DNA of 64,000 nucleotides from an uncultured delta proteobacterium (GTDB lineage Bacteria; Desulfobacterota; RBG-13-43-22). The notes beneath the pieces were generated by a model, which saw nothing but the letters and a program-made list of their open reading frames with translations, did no database searches and was not told where the DNA came from. This document shows, in pieces, positions 58,352 to 64,000 of this stretch. A program made the position numbers and the translations under genes. The DNA is taken from NCBI GenBank assembly GCA_963711835.1, contig CAVQFQ010000015.1, forward strand, positions 1-64,000. The letters are read 5' to 3'. Every line of letters begins with the position of its first letter. Positions within the stretch are counted from its first letter, which is position 1.

Positions 58352-59536
58352 ATGAGACGGTTTTATCTAACGGTAATATTGGCTTTGACTGGTGCCTTAC
58401 TTTTAATCCAGCCAACCAGCGCCACCGGGGCGACGCGCTTTGCCGCACCGGACGGCAGCGGCTCGGCCTGCAGCCAGTCGGCCCCCTGTTCTTTGGAAAC
58501 CGCCCTTAGCCAATCCGTGGATGGGGACACGGTTTATGCCCGCTGGGGCGTTTATACCAGCGCGACAGTCATAGGCTTTGATCATAACATCACCCTCATC
58601 GGGCGTTGGGACGGCGGGACAGGACCGGCAGTGGGGCGACTGCTTCAGGCTGATGCGACCATCCTCGATGGGGAGAATCAGCGTCGGGTCGTTTATATCA
58701 TAGGCAATGTCGCCCCGACGCTGGACGGAATTACGATCCAGGGCGGCCGGGCGAGCGAGGGCGCCGGGGTAGCCGTATACGCCGGTGCATCGGCGACACT
58801 TAATGATGTCATCGTCCGCAACAACGTCGCAACTGGTGGTGGTGGTGGTGGTGTACAGGTGGAAAATTCCACTCTGCTGATCCAGCACAGTCAGATCATC
58901 AATAACAGTACACCGTTCGGGGGGGGCGGGTTGGTCGCCGCCTTCGACAGTCAAGTCACCCTACATAATAACCTGATTGCGAATAATTCGGCGGGTGAAC
59001 GAGGCGCCGGGCTTTGGGTGCGCGATGCCACGGCTACGCTGACCAATAATACCATTGTTGGTGGACAGGGCGTGGGTGCCGACGGGATCGCTGCCTCGGA
59101 ATTGTATGGCATCACGACGCTGACGCTCACCAATAATATCATAACCGGACAAACCTACGGAGTGCGATTCGGCAACCCATTGGCGGGGGTGGCCACCATT
59201 TCCAACAATGATGTCTGGGGTAACACAACCGCAAACTACAGCGGCCTGGCCGATCCAACCGGAATGAACGGCAACATCTCGGCAGATCCGCTCTTCGTGA
59301 ACGGACCCTCCCGTTGGGCCGGAGGTTGGGATTTTGCGGGTTATTACCTGAGCCAGATCGCGGCCGGTCAACCGGTAACCAGCCCGGCAATGGATTCCGG
59401 AAGCGGCTCGGCCTCCCAGATGAACCTCGCCGCCCGCACCACGCGCAGTGACAGCCAGGTGGACAGCGGGCTGGTGGACATGGGCTTTCACTACCCTCTC
59501 TTTTACCCGGTCTTTTTACCCATCTGCATCAAATAG
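58352..59536 (+). CDS. Secreted right-handed beta-helix (pectin-lyase fold) protein
   Basis: Signal peptide; repeated N-x-A..GGG / NNTI / NNII / NDVWGN; GNISADPLFV; C-terminal VFLPICIK. Confidence 0.82.
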   Translation: MRRFYLTVILALTGALLLIQPTSATGATRFAAPDGSGSACSQSAPCSLETALSQSVDGDTVYARWGVYTSATVIGFDHNITLIGRWDGGTGPAVGRLLQADATILDGENQRRVVYIIGNVAPTLDGITIQGGRASEGAGVAVYAGASATLNDVIVRNNVATGGGGGGVQVENSTLLIQHSQIINNSTPFGGGGLVAAFDSQVTLHNNLIANNSAGERGAGLWVRDATATLTNNTIVGGQGVGADGIAASELYGITTLTLTNNIITGQTYGVRFGNPLAGVATISNNDVWGNTTANYSGLADPTGMNGNISADPLFVNGPSRWAGGWDFAGYYLSQIAAGQPVTSPAMDSGSGSASQMNLAARTTRSDSQVDSGLVDMGFHYPLFYPVFLPICIK

Positions 59537-59707
59537 GGATCAAGCTTATGGCGGCCGGCAAGACGGGAAACACCGGGCAAACTGCTTCATAAGACGCGAT
59601 GATCCCTTCAGACGAATTTTTCGCTGCAGCAGGGCTGAAAATAGATTTTTCTCCTTGGTTAAAAATTCCAGCCAGGTTCGACTGCCGTTTCCAATCCGGT
59701 TTTCGAA

Positions 59708-60145
59708 TTATGGCTCCCAAACCTCCGCAGGGACCAGGCCCATTCCCTGGTATTCAATCCGGTAAGGTGTGATCTTGCAGACCACATAATTGGGGTCATC
59801 CGGTCCGGAGAAGATATTTTTCAGGTGGTCAAACCAGACGGCCTTTTTGGATGTTTCATCGGTCAGGATTTCAGCCCGACCTTGGATCTGCAAATAGGAT
59901 TCAGCCGTCTCCATAGTGGTGACGCCGGTAACCAGGTGGACCTCAGGATTTTTACGGAGTTGCCCTACTTTGCGAGAGCCCATGAAGGTGGCCAGCCAGA
60001 GGGTGAGATTTTCGTCGGCAAAAGGGGTTACAAAACGCACCCAGGGCTTGCCTTCTTCGGTCAGGGTGGCCAAGGCGCAAAGCGTCGGTCCCTTAAACTT
60101 GGCCAAGATTTTTTTCTTCAGTTCCTGTTTTGATGAACTTGCCAT
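59708..60145 (-). CDS. Pyridoxamine 5'-phosphate oxidase-like (general stress protein 26 type)
   Basis: ALATL..GKPWVR, SRKVGQL..NPEV, FSGPDDPNY. Confidence 0.85.
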   Translation of the reverse strand: MASSSKQELKKKILAKFKGPTLCALATLTEEGKPWVRFVTPFADENLTLWLATFMGSRKVGQLRKNPEVHLVTGVTTMETAESYLQIQGRAEILTDETSKKAVWFDHLKNIFSGPDDPNYVVCKITPYRIEYQGMGLVPAEVWEP

Positions 60146-60211
60146 TTTTTCCTCCTTTTTCCTTTTTCATGATGAAATTGATTTTAACCCTACCCTTCGA
60201 CCCAACTCTTC

Positions 60212-60796
60212 TTAAGGCCTTAAAACATGATTAAAAATGAACCGCTTATGGTTCTCAAGCGGTTCCGGTCCTTTAACTGCCTTCATGTGGATCAACGCCC
60301 CGTGCCAACTGCTAACCAGGAAATAGGCAGCCTCCTTAACATCAAGGCTTTTGGAAATCTCGCCCGCCTTTTGGGCCTCGGCCAACACTCCTGAATAGAG
60401 ATTAACCATGATCTCCATAGCAGATTTGAGCTTTTCCCGAAAAGCCGGGCTCAAGTCCCCCATCTCCTGAGCCAGATTGCCGATGGGACAGCCATAGGCA
60501 TAATCTTTTGATTTAAAAAACTCTACGAACCATACGAGAATACTATTGATTTTCTCCAAAGGAGTTAAGGCAGAATCTTCCACGACCTGCTTTACCATGG
60601 AGGTAAAAAAATTAGCAAAGTAGTCGATGACTTGAAGCCCAAAATCCTCTTTTCCACTGAAATAATTATAGAATGATCCCTTTGGTACCCCTGCGGCTTC
60701 AAGTATTTCTTGAAGTCCCGTATGATGAAATCCCTTCAGATGGATGATCTCAGCACCCGCTCCAAGAATTCTGTTCTTGATATTTTCTTTCATCAA
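60212..60796 (-). CDS. TetR regulator, NemR/AcuR-like
   Basis: GVPKGSFYNYF..KE, GCPIGNLAQE. Confidence 0.9.
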   Translation of the reverse strand: MMKENIKNRILGAGAEIIHLKGFHHTGLQEILEAAGVPKGSFYNYFSGKEDFGLQVIDYFANFFTSMVKQVVEDSALTPLEKINSILVWFVEFFKSKDYAYGCPIGNLAQEMGDLSPAFREKLKSAMEIMVNLYSGVLAEAQKAGEISKSLDVKEAAYFLVSSWHGALIHMKAVKGPEPLENHKRFIFNHVLRP

Positions 60797-60834
60797 TGGC
60801 TCTCAATAATCAATTTCTAAATAGGTTAACCAAA

Positions 60835-60863
60835 TAAATAGACCGGTCGTCTTGAAATGTCAA
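60835..60863 (-). promoter_or_regulatory. tetR promoter with a NemR-box-like operator in the spacer
   Basis: TTGACA-17-TATTTA; TAGACCGGTCGTCTT at 60839-60853 resembles the NemR box TAGACCnnnnGGTCTA. Confidence 0.6.
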
Positions 60864-60883
60864 GCAAACTTTCACTTTTTCCA

Positions 60884-61014
60884 CTCTACCAGCCCCCCCA
60901 ATCGGGCGCCGAGACCTATAGGCGCATCGCCCTGGAACGGGGCAAAAGCCTGATGCCCAACCTATAAAAAACAAGGGGCACATCTCCTTGATCATCCTTG
61001 AAGATGTGCCCCTC
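60884..61014 (+). repeat. ~130-bp direct repeat, copy 2 (orphan 3' gene end)
   Basis: Reads LYQPPQSGAETYRRIALERGKSLMPNL* plus a terminator hairpin. Confidence 0.9.
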
Positions 61015-61224
61015 ATCCTCTAACATTTCTCTGCTATTTATGATCCCACCTGCTAAAACTCAGAGGCCTGTTTTCCCTCGGCTACCCTTTCCGATTTTAA
61101 TACTGAATAAGATGGCCAACGTCCGGTCCTATAAATTTCCCCCACTTTCCATGAGTCAAGAGCCGACTTGACCCCTTTCCACAATACCTGGTAAAGTTAT
61201 TTTTTTCAGCAACGTCCCCTTCGA

Positions 61225-61362
61225 TTACGGGCTCAACAGGTCTTGCACAGCCGAGAAACCTCCTTTCATCCATGTGCCCACGATGCCAACGAGAATTAAA
61301 ACCGCCGCAGCCGCCAACCAGATGTAGGCAAACCCTTTCAAGAGAACGATCCACACTTTCAT
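61225..61362 (-). pseudogene. Short, probably truncated membrane-protein cassette gene
   Basis: RBS AAGGAG directly after attC R'; MKVWIVLLKGFAYIWLAAAAVLILVGIVGTW...; no downstream attC. Confidence 0.55.
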
Positions 61363-61377
61363 GCGCTACTCCTTGAG

Positions 61378-61437
61378 GCCCAACGCTGAACTCAGCCGGC
61401 ACAGTTTTTTGCGCTCGGCTGCAGTGAGATGTTAAAG
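61378..61437 (-). mobile_element. attC site
   Basis: CTTTAAC-ATCTCA-CTGCAGCCG...CGGCTGAG-TTCAGC-GTTGGGC. Confidence 0.85.
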
Positions 61438-61770
61438 ACCGATTTCCTTTTTGATCGCATCCACACATAATTTATTGAGGCTTTGCCCTTGCTTGATTGC
61501 GGTGATTGCAATCTGTTCATGCAGTTCTCTTCCCAATCTTAAATTGAATTTTCCGGAATATCCTCTTTTAGCCGTAGCTCGCGGAAGCGGGTCTCCGTCC
61601 TTTTCATATATCTTTATCCATTCCTCAATAACATGGCAAAGTTCTTCATAAACTTTGACTTCATTGTCTCCATGAACGCCGCCCAGCATTAAACCCGGGG
61701 CTCGACCGACATAGCAGCGATCCTTTTCAGACCACTCAACAATTTTTAAATACCGATCACTTTTTTTCAT
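61432..61770 (-). CDS. hicB: HicB antitoxin
   Basis: VEWSEKD.CYVG..P, YSGKFNLRL..ELH, SLN. Confidence 0.9.
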   Translation of the reverse strand: MKKSDRYLKIVEWSEKDRCYVGRAPGLMLGGVHGDNEVKVYEELCHVIEEWIKIYEKDGDPLPRATAKRGYSGKFNLRLGRELHEQIAITAIKQGQSLNKLCVDAIKKEIGL

Positions 61771-61960
61771 TTTTAATCCTTTCCAATGCCTTTTTTACAT
61801 CAACCTCCTGATAAGGCTTTGCATCACTGCCTGGCTTGCCGCTGATCGTGATATTCACGCCTTTGGGATGCTTATAATTTCTATGACTTCCCATTCCGCC
61901 ACGGTCTATGAAACCGGCAGATTCTAATTTATTTGTATATTCTCTAATTTTTGGAGGCAT
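61757..61960 (-). CDS. hicA: HicA toxin
   Basis: GSHRNYKHP, DAKPYQ. Confidence 0.9.
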   Translation of the reverse strand: MPPKIREYTNKLESAGFIDRGGMGSHRNYKHPKGVNITISGKPGSDAKPYQEVDVKKALERIKNEKK

Positions 61961-62027
61961 AATTGAATGGTATCACATTGGTACTAGATTATCAATGATA
62001 TTTTAAATGCAAGTTGAATACTTTGGT

Positions 62028-62101
62028 CTTTAATGGTAGCCATAAGCGGCAAGCATGGAGCGCCAGCGAAATGTCTGTCCGTCTTCATAGCTTTGTTAGC
62101 C
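62028..62101 (-). mobile_element. attC site with a mutated R' (ATT instead of GTT)
   Basis: GGCTAAC-AAAGC-TATGAAG...CTTATG-GCTACC-ATTAAAG. Confidence 0.75.
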
Positions 62102-62842
62102 AAGGCGTTTTTGGTGACTCAGATTACGACGCACAACATCTCGCGTCGCAAAGATCACCATGATTGCCTGATCCCGCGATGGGATAGGGATTCTCTCCTT
62201 CGCATGCACCGCGGTGATCCGGCTTGTATTAATGATGTTAACGACGTTCATGAGCGTTGGGTCCATGTACTCTCCCGGAACGCGCTCCTTTATGGACTTG
62301 ATCAGTGTGCCAACCACCGCATTTGGATCACATTGTGTGTTGTGCCGGAGCAGGACTTCCTTCAGGCATACCTTGAGGATCTTGCCGCAGAGGCCGATAG
62401 CGGCGATGAAACAACCTTCATCGAAACAGATCCGAATTTCGTCCAGAGTCTTTAGGAAGTCATCGCGGTAGATCTCGTTTATCTGTGCCTCATTGCACTC
62501 TTGTTGCAAGGATGCGACAGCCTCCGAAACCTCTGTCTTCGGTCCACCAGTGATTTGACCAACGGCACGTCGCAGTTCAGACTCTGAAGCTGCGAGTTCT
62601 CGACCCCGGTCTGAGAGTCAATAACCGATCCACATACCTCCTTCCGCCCCAAATAGAGGTGCCGGATCGCGCACGATTCCGAGCAGGGAGAGTTGCTCGA
62701 TGTAGGTCGTCACAAGAGCGACTCCTGCGTTGCGCAAAACAGGGTTGGTACTCGGATCAACCGTGTCGTCGTATCCGGATCTCGCGCCATGTTCCACGAT
62801 CGCCTTGATCAAATCAAACTGTAATGCAACCGGCATCATCAC
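62096..62842 (-). pseudogene. Cassette gene: putative wHTH plus DUF4145/HEPN-like domain, interrupted by an in-frame TGA at 62618-62620
   Basis: ORFs 62618..62842 and 62096..62509 share a frame that is open between them (GY*LSDRGRELA...); AAIGLCGKILKV, RITAVH. Confidence 0.7.
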
Positions 62843-62846
62843 CTCT

Positions 62847-62895
62847 GGCTAACGCCAAAACTCAGCCACCGAGTTTACGAGGTCGGCTGTTCGCC
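62847..62895 (-). mobile_element. attC site with a shortened left arm
   Basis: GGCGAAC-AGCCGAC...GGTGGCTGAG-TTTTGGC-GTTAGCC. Confidence 0.7.
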
Positions 62896-62904
62896 GAATA
62901 GTTC

Positions 62905-63204
62905 TTATACATGATTTTCTACTTCAACGGACAGTTTCAACCCAACACTATGAAGTACAGAGCTCAAACTTTTTAATTTTGGATTGCCTTGTGTTGAAAG
63001 AATTCGATAAAGATTCTCACGGTTGAGTTTTGTTTCCCGGGCTATTTCAGAAATGCCCTTTGCGTTCGCAACGTCTTTTAGCGCCATTAAAAACACTTCC
63101 TGAGAGCCATCTTCCAATGCGGCATTTAAATATTCCGCGGCTTCAACTGGATCAAGGAGGTCTTTTTGAAGATTATTTTCGTATTTTTCTGTTACTTTTC
63201 CCAT
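62905..63204 (-). CDS. Addiction-module antidote (HTH antitoxin)
   Basis: AAEYLNAALEDG, ALKDVA.AKG, RENLYRILS..GNP. Confidence 0.9.
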   Translation of the reverse strand: MGKVTEKYENNLQKDLLDPVEAAEYLNAALEDGSQEVFLMALKDVANAKGISEIARETKLNRENLYRILSTQGNPKLKSLSSVLHSVGLKLSVEVENHV

Positions 63205-63542
63205 TTTGTCCTCCTTTGGAAATCAGCCCAATATGCCTGCGCCAACTGAATATCTTTTGACTGAGATTTTTTAGACCCTCCGCATAGTAAAATCACGATT
63301 GTCATCTCCGATTTCCCATAATAAACACGATAGCCTGGGCCATAATCGACACGCAACTCATTCACACCCTTCCCGACAGGCTTACAATCACCAAAATTTC
63401 CAAGCCTTACACGATTCAGCCGAATTCGAATACGCGCTCGCGTCGATCGATCTTTAAGTGAATTAAGCCAGTTATGGAATGGGTTGTCTCCGTCTTCGGT
63501 TAAATATTCGAGAAGTTCTACCTTGGACTCATTCATGAACAT
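63192..63542 (-). CDS. Addiction-module killer (RelE/HigB-like toxin)
   Basis: GNFGDCKPVG.GV.ELRVDYGPGYRVY, LLCGGSK..Q..DI. Confidence 0.92.
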   Translation of the reverse strand: MFMNESKVELLEYLTEDGDNPFHNWLNSLKDRSTRARIRIRLNRVRLGNFGDCKPVGKGVNELRVDYGPGYRVYYGKSEMTIVILLCGGSKKSQSKDIQLAQAYWADFQRRTKWEK

Positions 63543-63678
63543 ATTGTGGCTTTAAAACAACAAATGTCAAGTATTTTATTCCGGCGAACAAGTTATTCTA
63601 AAGTTTCTTTATATCCCCTCACCTTAGGGTTTGGCTAGAGGGAGGCAAACAAAGTCCATTGGCTGTTCTGGAAGTAAT

Positions 63679-63812
63679 TCATTGGATTAACTCTAACTGA
63701 TTTTCTTGGGCGATAGCCCCCCTCCTTCAACCGCCGTCTTGCGACGCTCTATCCCGCGGATCATGATGTGGCGCAAAACACCAGGCGCGTCAAGGCAAGC
63801 TAATCTCGGCAT
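63679..63812 (-). pseudogene. Internally deleted Y1/RAYT-type tyrosine transposase
   Basis: MPRLACLDAPGVLRHIMIRGIERRK (family N-terminus) joined directly to a C-terminal-like remnant (..IAQENQLELIQ* in a shifted frame). Confidence 0.65.
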
Positions 63813-64000
63813 GCACTCATTCCTTCCATAAAAAACCGACTATGACAACTTACTTTCTTACCAGCGCCCCCCATTCCATTTAACTATCTACATGTAAGGC
63901 TTTTTTTTTATAATATACGCCAATTGTTTTTTTAGAATTTTCCTTAGATTCCTCTAAAAAGCAATTTATATTTATTATTGATGATAAAGCCTGAAACAAA

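Noticed and set aside
62618-62620. Selenocysteine codon
   Set aside because: Not in a redox motif, no convincing SECIS hairpin, and the context fits an Arg codon mutated to stop; the Fe-S and CCG proteins in the window all use Cys

Overview
Chromosomal window from an anaerobic Desulfobacterota-like (deltaproteobacterial) genome of roughly 55% GC. The taxonomy is inferred from gene content and intergenic repeat families. No rRNA, tRNA or CRISPR array was seen. The core is a ~32 kb divergon around a GntR/FadR regulator. The left arm (23.5->9.8 kb) encodes a ferredoxin, a degenerate AOR-like protein, a stand-alone BPL-N/GATase-like protein, two multiheme cytochrome c/cytochrome b membrane modules, an HdrD-like Fe-S protein, an Ssu/Tau-type ABC importer, two iron-sulfur flavoproteins and a Nit1C-type radical SAM-GNAT fusion. 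The right arm encodes an MmsA-type aldehyde dehydrogenase, a GlcD/GlcF-like pair, a Tat-dependent Liv-type ABC importer and then a nosZ-less NosL/FtsX-ABC/TlpA module. Also present: an acyl-CoA dehydrogenase, a second Liv system, typA, a queG-like gene, an acetylene-hydratase-like Mo/W-bisPGD enzyme operon, five toxin-antitoxin pairs, an integrase-less attC cassette array (61.2-63.6 kb), a second decayed array (46-48 kb), several MITE/REP families and three diverged partial-duplication scars. Many single-base frameshifts (around 0.2, 10.7-13.9, 35.9 and 48.3-51.7 kb) look like long-read consensus errors. All family calls come from motif recognition by eye; no database searches were run.
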